From: Octopus vulgaris
Taxonomy: Eukaryota
Reading direction: 5' to 3'
Assembly: GCA_951406725.2 (NCBI GenBank)
Contig: OX597825.1
Span: 25,916,001 to 25,980,000, forward strand
Length of the DNA stretch: 64,000 bases
Position 1 is the first letter of the stretch; every line of letters begins with the position of its first letter. This document shows positions 41,171-52,785 of this stretch, one piece after another. The position numbers and the translations under genes are program-made. The notes beneath the pieces are model-generated. The model was not told where the DNA came from. It did no database searches and saw nothing but the letters and a program-made list of their open reading frames with translations.

Positions 41171-41856
41171 CTGCCATCATCATTATTTATAGAGTTATTA
41201 ATCTTATTCATTGTTCATGGATCGGCTAGTTGCAATTCTGTAATTTTTTATCTTACAGAACTTGTTGAACCTTCATCTAATTATTCAAATATACATGTAC
41301 AGAAACGCACAACTGCACATCTTCCCACCCACACGTGTTCACGCACGCACCCCTCTCACATGCACACTCTCTCTCTCCCACCATCTGTCTCTGTCGGTTT
41401 GTCCGTCCGTCTGTCTCTCCCTCTCTCTCTTTCTATTAGAACTCGTGTATGTTTCGGTGTACAGAACGACGTTAGCAAACGATGACTGACGAATTGGAAA
41501 TTGAGAATTTTGCCCTTCAGTTGTCAACAAATTATACCTACATCCTCACCAGCATCCGTTAACGATATGCAAAACAAACAAGAATCAATTGCTTTGCGTT
41601 AAGGAAGTTCTTCAACATGAACCTGGTTAATCAAAAAGACAAGTCTTGTATGTACAAAAAGTGTCATGAAGACTTCTCACTGCACGAATCAATATATTTT
41701 TTTTTTTTACATAAATTAAGCAAAGAAGGAAATATGTATCTAGTTCCCTTATATTATTTGTTTGTGGTTAACCATTTCTTTTTTTTCTTTCAATCAATAG
41801 ATTTATGTGATAACACGAAACGTTTCATAATTACTTATAGCAGCAATGCGATTCTC

Positions 41857-42084
41857 TTAAACCTTTTGTTACTGTATTTATTTTGAGATGCTCTGTGTTT
41901 CTTTCAATTACTTTAAATATAACAAAAAATTTAGTAAAATAACTTAGTTATCATTCAGCTAGTGTTAGGAACGTAAATTGTGACTAAGGTTTGGTGGCAG
42001 ATTTTAATTCAAAACTTATGAAAACAAGACATTTGTACTCAGAGCCAGAGCCAGTTTCAGCCAGGATAGTAATGAAAGGGTTAA
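41857..42084. mobile_element. piggyBac-type MITE (220 bp) between TTAA sites
   Basis: TTAA-accttttgttact ... agtaatgaaaggg-TTAA; 13-bp imperfect TIR with CCC/GGG-type end. Confidence 0.75.
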
Positions 42085-42374
42085 AAATGAACATAACGGA
42101 TATGACTTTTCAGTCCTACCAGGGATATACATTCTTCTGAATTTTGTAAAGCTATGGCAAAGATGGGCACATTTCGCAGCAGGAGTCCAGAGAGCTTATC
42201 ACCTACGCTGACACAAGCATCTATTCCGCCATGGAATTTTTCTCTGAGCGTTTTACATTTTTCTGACTATGGCTTACCATATTATGCAACACCTAATACA
42301 TGCGCATACACATATATACTTGTTACGTGTATGCGTATGTATGTACGGGTGGGGGTGGGGTGTATGTGTGTATA

Positions 42375-42442
<68 letters not shown>

Positions 42443-42979
42443 TACAGATATATATATATATATATATATATATACGTATATAAATGTATATACGTATGTA
42501 TAAATGCATACACACACGCACATACCCTCTATGCACACGCACACATATGTAAGCGTAAGTCTGTGAGAACATGGGTCTGTGTATACATGTGTGTGTGTGA
42601 ATAGAAGCACGATGTCTTCACATACAACTCTACCGATGCCAACCATATTCTTTCAAGCTATTTTGTCATGCACCAACTCGAAGCAAGAAAAAATATATAG
42701 AAAAACACTCGTATCTATTTTGTGGTCTTTTTCTGGTTTTTATCGCCGTCTTTTCTGCAAATGCGTTGGTAGGCTGGAAGTATTTCTTAAAATGGATCAA
42801 AGTAGTTTCAAAGTCATTTAGTCAGTGACATAGTACAATTATCGTGCAGAACATCATATTCCAGTGCCATTGTCAACGGCGACCAATAATTGCGGTTTAC
42901 ACATCAAAAGACCGCAAAGAATTTGAGCAAAGGAAGAGCAGTTGTTATAATATGCAGACAATTATGGTAGGGGTTTAAA

Positions 42980-43515
42980 CGCCGCTGCTGCTGCGGCTGC
43001 TGCTGCTAATGCAATTGTTGCTGCTGTTGATGATGACGGTGATGATGGTGACGATGATGATGATTGTAGTGGTGATGATGATGATGAGGAGGAGGAGGAG
43101 GAGGAGGATGAGGAGGATGTTGTTGATAGCAAACATCTTGATGGTAGGGGAGATGTTAGTGCTGATAATGCAGATGCCTTTAATGATGTTTACGTTTTCT
43201 GCAGTTGTTGTTGCTGTTGTTGTCGTTATTGATGATGAGGATGATGATAATGATGGTGACTATGATGATGATGATGATGATGATGACGATGGATGACGAT
43301 GATGATGATTATGATGACGATGGCAATTATCTTGATCATCGTCGTAAACACAATGTTGATTATGGTTATGGCGATGACGTTGACGTTGACGACGACGACG
43401 ATGCTGATGATGATGATGATGATTATGATGATGAGGATGATGACCATTACGTTGATGATGATTAATATAGTGTTGATAATAACGGTAGAGATGATGATGA
43501 CGAGGATAATGATGC

Positions 43516-43569
<54 letters not shown>

Positions 43570-43696
43570 CGACGACGACGACGATGCTGTTGATGATGAT
43601 GATTATGATAATGAGGATGATGACCATTACGCTGATGATGATTAAAATAGTGTTGATAATAACGGTAGAGATGATGTTGAAGCAGGTGATGATGAC

Positions 43697-43757
<61 letters not shown>

Positions 43758-43885
43758 TTTTTGTTAATGCTTCTGCTGCTGCTGCTGCTGCTGTTGATGA
43801 TGATGATGATGATGGTGCTAGTAATGTTGGTGGAGCTTTAAGAGACTGATATTTATGCTAACGACGACGACGACGACGACAACGA
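42980..43885. repeat. Complex (GAT/GAC/GCT/GAG)n array with a duplicated internal cassette
   Basis: gaggatgatgaccattacg.tgatgatgattaa.atagtgttgataataacggtagagatgatg occurs at ~43433 and ~43613 (180-bp period). Confidence 0.92.
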
Positions 43886-44611
43886 TGGCGAAACTGATAC
43901 GAGCGATACCGATTATAATGATTAAGTTTCTGTCAGCCATGTTAGTGCTAACTTGTTTCAAGTTTGAAGCGTTTTAACATTACCAGAGATAATTATACGC
44001 TAACGAAAACTTAATATTATTTAATAATTAATCTTGTTTTAATTACTGCGACAAATACGAGATACCATTTCGGTCACGATTAGTCTTATTATACTCTGAT
44101 CAGCAACATACATAGAACTCAACACATTCAGCAACGTAGTAATACAAGAATCAGACAGAAAAATGCTGAATGGTTACGTTTGCTTCACAACTAATTTATT
44201 TTATATTTCACAGTTTGAGTTTTGTATTATCTGAGTTACGTCTTCTGTTGTAGTGAACGTCCAAGATTGTTCAGATGTATCTGTTGTTTTGTTCATTCCT
44301 TTCCAGATTGATTACTTTGCAGGCCATATTCCTACCTATACGTCTTCTACTTATGCTCCTGGTGGTTGCTGCAATTGTTTCTATTTTCATTTAACCAAGT
44401 TTTTAATTTAATCTTTTTAGATTGAAGGCAGTTTTATTTTGTTTTGTCAAGGATTTATTGGGGCTAATTTACAACGTCAGATTCCCTGTGTTTTTGCGAG
44501 AATCTATTGTTTTAAGTGTTCTTTTATTTTGGGTACATCTTGTTTTGTTATTTTATATTTCTGAAGCAGTTTGTCTCTTTTTTGTTCCCAAATAGGCTTC
44601 TTATATTTTAT

Positions 44612-44973
44612 CTTTTATGTTTTACTTGTTTCAGTCATTCGACTGCGGCTACACTGGGGCACCACCTTGAAGGGTTTTAGTCGAACAAATCGACCACCAG
44701 CACTTTTCTTTAGTAAGCGTAGTACTTTTTCTCTCGGTCTCTTTTGTCGAACCGCTACAAACACAATGACACACACACACTCACACACACGCACGCATAC
44801 ACACACATACACACACACACACACACACAGAGTTTCCTTCTACAAAATCCACTCACAAGGATTTCGTTAACCTATAGTAGAAGACACCTGCCCAAGGTGC
44901 CATGCATTGGAACTGAACTCGAAGACATATGGTTGGGAAGCAAACTTTCTTTCCGCACAGACACGCCTGTGCC
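44612..44973 (-). mobile_element. SINE family A, old copy
   Basis: ttttacttgtttcagtcatt, ttttagtcgaacaaatcgacc, aaatccactcacaagg, agaagacacctgcccaaggtgcc. Confidence 0.8.
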
Positions 44974-45674
44974 CATGCTAATGATTTCAAGAATACTTGA
45001 CAGATCCGTCTTCTGATACTTAATGGTTTCCAGCGTATTTATATTCCGTGCTCTTAACTTGGGTTTTGATACTCCATACTGGGTGGATCTGAAGATATAG
45101 CCTCTTCTCCTTTTCGACGGCAGAGCCTGTTGCATATATTTAATCAGGCAGTGTTGATACTTGTAACTCTGCTGAGAATGTGGGATATTTTTTAAAATTT
45201 GTAATAATACATCATATATATGCCGCAATTAGGAATACATTTTGTTATAACTGATTTTTTTGTACTTACATTTCTTGTCTTTTCTCTATGTAATTTTCGG
45301 AGCAATATTTTAGTGTTTTCTCATGTTAAACTTACTTCATGACCTTTATCGTTGTCGCCGTCGTCATCATAAACATCATCATCGTCATGATTGCTATCAT
45401 CATAACTACTATCCACACCCCCAATTAAATCATCTTTAAGATATAGCTCAGACTCTTTAACCTGAAGCCACTCCGCTTATGAAGACCAATTAACACCAGC
45501 ATCCCAACCGCGTTGGTCTTTTTAATTGATATCCAAGCTGTCTATATTCAATTTTTATAGTTTATTTATTTATATAATCGGCGGACACCATCTTTTAATT
45601 TATCTATCTATTTATCTCTCCCCATCTCTCTCTCACTTTGTATATATATATAAATACGTATATATGTATATAGA

Positions 45675-45822
45675 TGCAGGTGTGACTTCCTAAGCATATG
45701 GTCCTAGGTTCATTCCCACTGCGTGGCACCTTGGGCAAATGTCTTTTAGCATAGCCGCGGACCGACCAAAGGCTTGTGAGTGGATTTGGTAGATGGAAAC
45801 TAAAAAGAAGCCTGGCGCGTGA

Positions 45823-45887
<65 letters not shown>

Positions 45888-46222
45888 AATCGAAACACGC
45901 TGGAGTTGAACTAGGGACGGCTGATGAAGGTGATTGTTCCTTGTGTAGTTGTCTTGTACTCTGTTTTTTCGTTGTTCCATGCTGTTTTTACGTTTTCGTT
46001 TCTCGTTGAGTTCTACGTCTATTTGTGGTGTCCTGTACACACGTATATATATTTATATATGCATGTATATATACATGTAGATGTAGGTAGATACATATAT
46101 GTTTGTATGTATGTTTGTATGTATGCATATATTTTATTTATTAGACTATTTTATGACTGAGCGCCTTCGCGTCGATTCGATTCGATTGGTTTCGTTTCGT
46201 TTCTTCTTCTTCTCTAAGCTGG

Positions 46223-46298
<76 letters not shown>

Positions 46299-47302
46299 TA
46301 CGATAGGTATACTGTTGCCATTTTATATTTTTAATTTGCTTTGTTTTTGATTTTGTTGACTACACAATATAGTAGGGTCAGTAGGGCACCGTCTGTTAGA
46401 AAAACTGCAGCATGATGCAGTTCACTTTGCCATAAATTTGGAAACGGCCTACTGTACAGATTGACTTTCACACAGAAAGCTCCACTACGAATATTTCAGA
46501 GGGTTCGGGTGTTTGGGTGTCAATCCGAGGACATGTACCGCGAGTGATAAACATCAAACATCCAGTCAACATCATGGTGTTTAGAGTGATCACTAGTGAT
46601 GGCGACGTTATGCCTCCATTCATTTTCCCACACGGCCTCACACTCAAGACGGCGGCCTACATTAAGTGCCTGGAGGAGATAGTGTTGTCCTCTTTGTAGA
46701 AGGTGGTTGCTGGAAGACCCTGTGTCTGGCAACAGGACTCTGCACCATGCCACACAAACAGAAGAACCCAGCCATGGCTGTTAGACAATTTCCCCTATTA
46801 TCTGGCAACCTAACTCCCCAGACTGTGACCGGAGCGGTGTTGAGCGAGAGACCAACAGAACTCCTTGTAACACCAGAAACGAACGTAAGCATACACAAAC
46901 TTAAACAAGGAGACCATCCAGAAGTGTTGCAGGAGATTCCAAATTCCTTTGGAGGCCTTGGTTGAAGCAAATGATTTTATTGAAAAAACTTACTCTTTAG
47001 TATAATATTTAAAGATATTTTTTCTGTAATATTTGTAGATATGTCTGTTAAAATAAGATGTCAGTGTCATTTAAAAAATTTGCATAACTTAGACGACAAT
47101 TTATTTATCGCACCATATATATATGTGTGTGTATATCTGTGTGTCTGTGTTTGTCCCCCACCATCGCTTGACAACCGATGTTTGTATGTTTACGTCTTCG
47201 TAACTTAGCGGTTTGGCACAAGTACTCGATAGAATAAGTACTTGATTGACAAAAATAAATCCCGGTGTCGATTTGTTCGACTAAAGGTCAAGTAAAAGAA
47301 TA
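45675..47302 (+). mobile_element. SINE family A split by nested insertions (head 45675-45825, 3' half 47117-47302)
   Basis: The head ends at the internal TA tract; the 3' half (gtgtttgtccccc..gcttgacaaccgatg..cgactaaagg..aagtaaaaga) resumes after the transposon. Confidence 0.75.
46294..47116 (+). mobile_element. Internally deleted Tc1/mariner element, maT (DD37D)-like
   Basis: KHPVNIMVFRVITSDGDVMPPFIFPHGL..YIKCLEEIV..GRPCVWQQDSAPCHT; imperfect TIRs gtgtacgataggtatactgttg / cgacaatttatttatcgcacc within TA runs. Confidence 0.82.
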
Positions 47303-47379
47303 AATATATATGTATACATGCACATATATATTTCTTCATACATACATCTACACACACACACACACACACACACATATAT

Positions 47380-47853
47380 TAATGTTTATATGCCAACATA
47401 AAGTGGCAGTCCTGTAAAGGACGATGTTATTATTGTTTTAGCCCCAGTAAAACATCTTTTCCAGCTGATTATCGACACGCAGTTTGTGCCCGTATAGCAT
47501 TCGCAAGGGAGGTCATCGCTCCCATCTCTAGCCTTACGTGATACTCCTCATAGACCTAGATTTCTGGATGTTATCCGTTCCCTGTGGTTGTCTCACACTG
47601 TCTCGCTAAAAGAATACATAGTATATATCTTTCGTGACTAGCTGGTGATTGTCCTACAATGAGGACGGATAACATCCAGAATTCAACGCCTGAGAATATC
47701 ACGTAAGGCTAGAAGTGGGAGTGATGACCTCCCTTGCAACTGGACACTGACTGTATGTCGTCATCCAGCTGAAAAATATGTTTTTCTGCAGCTAAAAGAA
47801 CAATGACATCATCTTTTACAGGACTGCCACGTTATGTTGGCATATAAACATTA
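47380..47853. mobile_element. MITE with ~200-bp terminal inverted repeats
   Basis: taatgtttatatgccaacataaagtggcagtcctgtaaa versus tttacaggactgccacgttatgttggcatataaacatta; also tagccttacgtgata / tatcacgtaaggcta. Confidence 0.88.
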
Positions 47854-48662
47854 CTCTCCGGTACTATTACTGTTTTTCTCTTGCTCAGAGATTTAATACA
47901 TACATATATATATACTGTACAATAACTGTATATACTATATATCATAATGATATTTAGTCTCCAATTTTAAAGCGACAATTTTTAAATATAAACAAATGAC
48001 CGAAAAATGATAAGCTAACCTCAGGTTAAATCGAACCCACAAATCGTAGCTTTCTCTCTCTCTCTCTCACACACACAGACACAGACACACACAGACACAC
48101 ACACACACATATATATATATGTATGTACAAATATATATATAGATATGCGTATGTATGTACATCTATGTGTGTCTGTCTATGTGCCAGTCTTTGCACCTTT
48201 TGGAACACGAGGGCGTGTAAAATTAAATAAGCTGCCGCTTGTCATATATGAGTGCCTATACACAAAACCAAAGGAATCGCTACATTAATATTACGATGGG
48301 CGGAGAAAAGAATGAAATGTAAAGATAGACAATGATATTGAAATTGCGTTTGACAGAGAAATATGTGAACCTTCATTGTAGGTTTTGTAATGAAATATCG
48401 CATTATCTGCTAGTTTTAGACGTGACTTGCTTTCTTGAAAGTTAATTATATCTATTAATCTTAACAGCATGGCGTTAAGCATCGTCTTCTTGTTAATTAA
48501 ATTAATATCAGCATCAGAGAGACTCCTACTTTTGATATTTTTATTTGACGTAACTGTAAAACATATTGAAAGAGGAGAGAGTCGGAGTGGTGTGTGAGTG
48601 GGATAAAATTACATAGGTGCATAAATATGTGTGTGCGTAGGTGAGTGTTTGTGCCTTTGTGC

Positions 48663-48705
<43 letters not shown>

Positions 48706-49009
48706 TCTGTGCGTGCGTGTGTGTGTGTATGTCTGTGTGTATGTAGACAATTATAATCTGTAAAAATTTCATTTCCAGCGTTAACGTATGCTCGAAAATC
48801 ACTAATATAGTTAAAATCTATACGTCAGTATAATAGAAACGTGAAACAAAGATCATAGCTCGTCAGCTTCAATCAGGATTTGTCTTCAAACACGAAAAGA
48901 AAAAAAATCAATTCAACTGATCATCAACAATTTTAACTTATGTTGTGAAATGTAATGTTTGGAACAAACATTACATAGAACAAACAAGATCTTAAGCTTA
49001 ATCATTTTC

Positions 49010-49073
<64 letters not shown>

Positions 49074-49080
49074 GTTATCT

Positions 49081-49233
49081 GGCGCAGGAGTGGCTCCGGG
49101 TTGAGTTCCACTGCGTTGCATCTGGCATCTTGGGCAAGTGTCTTCGGTTGAGTCCACTGCGTGCTATAGCTCCGAGCCGATCAATGCCTTGTGAGTGGAT
49201 TTGGTAGACGGAAACTGAAAGAAGCCTGTTGTA

Positions 49234-49276
<43 letters not shown>

Positions 49277-49510
49277 ATGTGTTTGTGTGTCTCTGTCTGT
49301 CCCCCTAGCATTGCTTGGCAACGGATGCTGTTGTGTTTACATCCCCGTCACTTAGCGGTTCGGCAAAAGGGACCGATAGAATAAGTACTGGGCTTACAAA
49401 GAATAAGTCCCGGGGGTCGAGTTGCTCGACTAAAGACGGTGCTCCAGCATGGCCGCAGTCAAATGACTGAAACAAGTAAAAGAGAAAAAAAGAGTAAAAG
49501 AGTAAAAGAG
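49081..49510 (+). mobile_element. SINE family A with rearranged head
   Basis: Deletion after the A-box start and duplication of ggttgagt.ccactgcgt; intact 3' half. Confidence 0.88.
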
Positions 49511-49542
<32 letters not shown>

Positions 49543-49574
49543 GATTAACTATTACTTAACCATCCTCTCACACC

Positions 49575-49626
49575 GTCTCTGATGAAGGGATATAATTAAT
49601 AAATATCCTGGAAACAGCTGTAAGAC
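49575..49626 (+). ncRNA. Type I minimal hammerhead ribozyme (putative) in a Penelope-like repeat
   Basis: GTCT-CTGATGA-A-GGGATAT-loop-ATATCCT-G-GAAA-CAGCTG-TA-AGAC: stem I GTCT/AGAC, stem II, palindromic stem III, GUA cleavage site. Confidence 0.72.
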
Positions 49627-49754
49627 CTTCTATCTATAAATATTATAATATCTACACAACCTTGGTTTTTCATCTCATTGCGCAAAAATTTCTTATATAT
49701 ATATATAGGATTTTCCGAAGCTCATTATATATTATTTAATTATTCAGTTATTCT

Positions 49755-49950
49755 GTTACTTGTTTTAGTCACTTGAGGATGCCATGCTGGAGCATCACCT
49801 TTAGCTGAACGAACCGACCCCAAGACTTATTTTTTGTAAGCCTGGTGCTTATTCTATAAGTGTCTTTTGCCGAACCTCTAAGTTACGGGGGCTTAAACAC
49901 ACCAACATCGGTAGTCAAGCGATGTTGGGACGTCGAACAGACACACAAAC
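49755..49950 (-). mobile_element. SINE family A, 3' half
   Basis: gccatgctggagca, gacttatttttgtaagcctgg, ttttgccgaacc, taagttacgggg. Confidence 0.8.
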
Positions 49951-50397
49951 ACATAGACACACACACATATACAGAGACACAAACACACACGCATAGATAG
50001 AAACACACGCACACACACTGATAGAAACACACACACATTCGTACAAAACACAGGTGCACGATTACACAGATTTCAATATGTATATGGAACGAATAAAATT
50101 AATAGTACGATACGAGTAAATATGTACCATAATATTTATGAATTCATATATTTATATACATATGAAACACATTTGACACTGAGTGCTGAACATGATAGCC
50201 TCGGCGTAAATAGCATAATGGACGTTGGTCATAAAACCTATTAGAAAATGCTTCGAAGTCTACTTCAAAAGGAAGAACTTGAGAGACCCCTAGATTACAA
50301 TGATTGTATTAAAACTGAATAATTCAAAAGCTATTACAATCCAACAATTCAATTCAAAGACCAATGATATTCCTTAGAAATTGACTGTGTACGCATT

Positions 50398-50429
<32 letters not shown>

Positions 50430-50910
50430 TGTATGTATGTATGTATATATGTTTGTATGTATGTATGTATGTATGTATGTATGTATGTGTGTCTGCGTAT
50501 GTGCCATATGTTACTGACTGACATTCCTGACAGCCATTGTCATTAATATCTAGGATAAGATGATGTCTCCGTATTGGACATACCCGTCGAGGAATTTACA
50601 ACAACCGTGTGTGTCATTATATAGTTTTATTTCAAGATTTCTTGGCAATAGAGAAGAGCCGGTTTCTAAACTGGACCCAAAGCTCCTTCATTGGAATTTC
50701 AGCATCGACAGGGTATGTATGCATGCATATATGTATATATTTTTGTATGTGTGCATGCATGATTGTATGTATAAGTGCAGTATTTGGGGTAAGAGCATGT
50801 GCAGTTTTGTTTTATGCATATATTCTCATGCATATAGTTGCATATCTAGACATGCTCATATATAAACTTCTGGAAAGTTTTACAGATGTATGTATATATG
50901 AGTGTTGATA

Positions 50911-50960
<50 letters not shown>

Positions 50961-51096
50961 AATAGGTGAATGAATTATTCTATGTTTATCGTCAGCATGG
51001 AAAATTCGTTTAACCGAAACCTGGGTAGCAAATTCACGTCAGAAACACGGTTGAGGCGACCTGTCAGAGGGTTCATGTGCAGAAATTTGTGTGTTG

Positions 51097-51228
51097 TATA
51101 TGAATAAATGAAAGAATGGAGTCGAACGAAGATGTTAACAAAATTCCTTTACTCTCGAAACATATGTCGAGAGTAAAGGAATGGTGTTAACATCTTCGTT
51201 CGACTCCATTCGTTCATTTATTCATATA
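51097..51228. repeat. Near-perfect inverted repeat: 62-bp arms, 8-nt loop
   Basis: gaatggagtcgaacgaagatgttaaca..ttcctttactctcga | aacatatg | tcgagagtaaaggaa..tgttaacatcttcgttcgactccattc. Confidence 0.95.
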
Positions 51229-51287
51229 TATATATATATATATATATACACATTTGTGTGGTGTGTGTTTGTGTGTGTGGGTGTCTT

Positions 51288-51324
<37 letters not shown>

Positions 51325-51969
51325 TTTTAACTGCTCTTTCTAGCGAGTCTGATATCCTATTATTCGTGTATCTCTCTTGTGTTTGAACGTACACTGTATT
51401 CTTCTTTGAAATATATATATACATACATATACGTTTACATCGGCGTACCCATGTATACGATGACAGAACAAAATATCCTGGCCAAACGAATTAGACTTAT
51501 AGCTTCTTTATTACCGACCTAATATTTCTGTGACTATAATACACATGGTTTTCTCAGTCTCCATGAATATGTTACAGTTATTTCTATATCTCACTGTCTC
51601 ACAGGGTAACTGTTTCTATGCCGCTGATTTGCGACATAGTAACAAGTTCCCTGACTCGCTCACTTTTCTCTATTGCCTTATATAACAATGCAGCACAGTA
51701 CACTACGCACTGCTGTAGTGATTAAGTTGTCTTTTTGATTTTGTAAGCTGATTTGTGTCTCAACGATAACCTATCGGTAAACAAAATTTCAAACACGTTT
51801 AACGGCAGACGTTAGAAAATATTTGCATATAGCAAATTATGATCTGTTTATCTAATGCAAATAATAGTAATTGATTAAAGATATTCTACTTTTGCTTTTA
51901 CAAGCACGTGTTAAAACAAGTTATGTTAGATTCTGTAGGTGTGATACACACACACACACACATATATAA

Positions 51970-52026
<57 letters not shown>

Positions 52027-52439
52027 CATATATATATATGTATATATATAGCAAAATCCTATGAAAGTACTGGTTAGTTATTTATGCAAAGAATATTGAA
52101 CATTACAGATAATACTCAAATGCAAGGTAGCTATATAAACCGTGGTTTCTATATATGTATGAAAGATGAGAAAATAGAAGGGTAATTAATAAATCATTAT
52201 TTATTAATTAAGATGTTGACAAACATCCCTTACAGATAATTTAATTCCAGATCTTCAAACAATTTATTAGTTAATTAAATCAAAAACTATTTGAAAGTCG
52301 AATCTCTTCAGAGGTAGTATATATCTGGGTGAATGTAGCAAGGATGGCACGTATGAATGACGAAGCCACCTTGACTATGATTCTATGAACAGTAAAAATT
52401 AATACAGATAGTTGCTTATTTGCAAAAAAAAAAAAAAAA

Positions 52440-52785
52440 GAAATATAACATGTGACTTCATTGACCGAGGTTACCGTGGTCTTTTCCGTAGGCTTTTCTT
52501 TCCACGGGTAAACCTCGCCTGTCCTCCCCTTTACACTTCATATTGACATTTCTGTGATAACGATCCCTATTGATCAAATTTTTTTCCTTTCCCTTTTTTT
52601 CCCTCCCCCTTTTTTTTTTAAAATCTTATTTTATCCCCCCCCCCTTTTTTGTCCTCTTTCGTTCCATTTACGATCCCTTTTGATCGAAAACCAAACCCCC
52701 TTCTTTTACCCCCAAAAGAAAAGCTCTACTTTGTAATTTTGTCCTGTCTGTGTGCAGCCCTGTGTGGCTAATAAAGAAACATATC
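52440..52785 (+). mobile_element. LINE 3' UTR/tail (L1/Tx1-like, pyrimidine-rich, AATAAA)
   Basis: The end ttgtaatt..tgt.ct.tctgtgtgcagccctgtgtggctaataaagaaacatatc is shared with 26195-26250. Clade assignment is inference. Confidence 0.55.

Noticed and set aside
44200-45310. Possible very old LINE fragments (also 56350-57000 and 62990-63600)
   Set aside because: Strand-biased composition suggests decayed LINEs, but no diagnostic motif could be read with confidence.
45884-45936. Possible type II hammerhead (ACAATC-GAAA ... CTGATGA-AGGT-GATTGT)
   Set aside because: Needs a 4-nt insertion, and stems I and III do not pair well.
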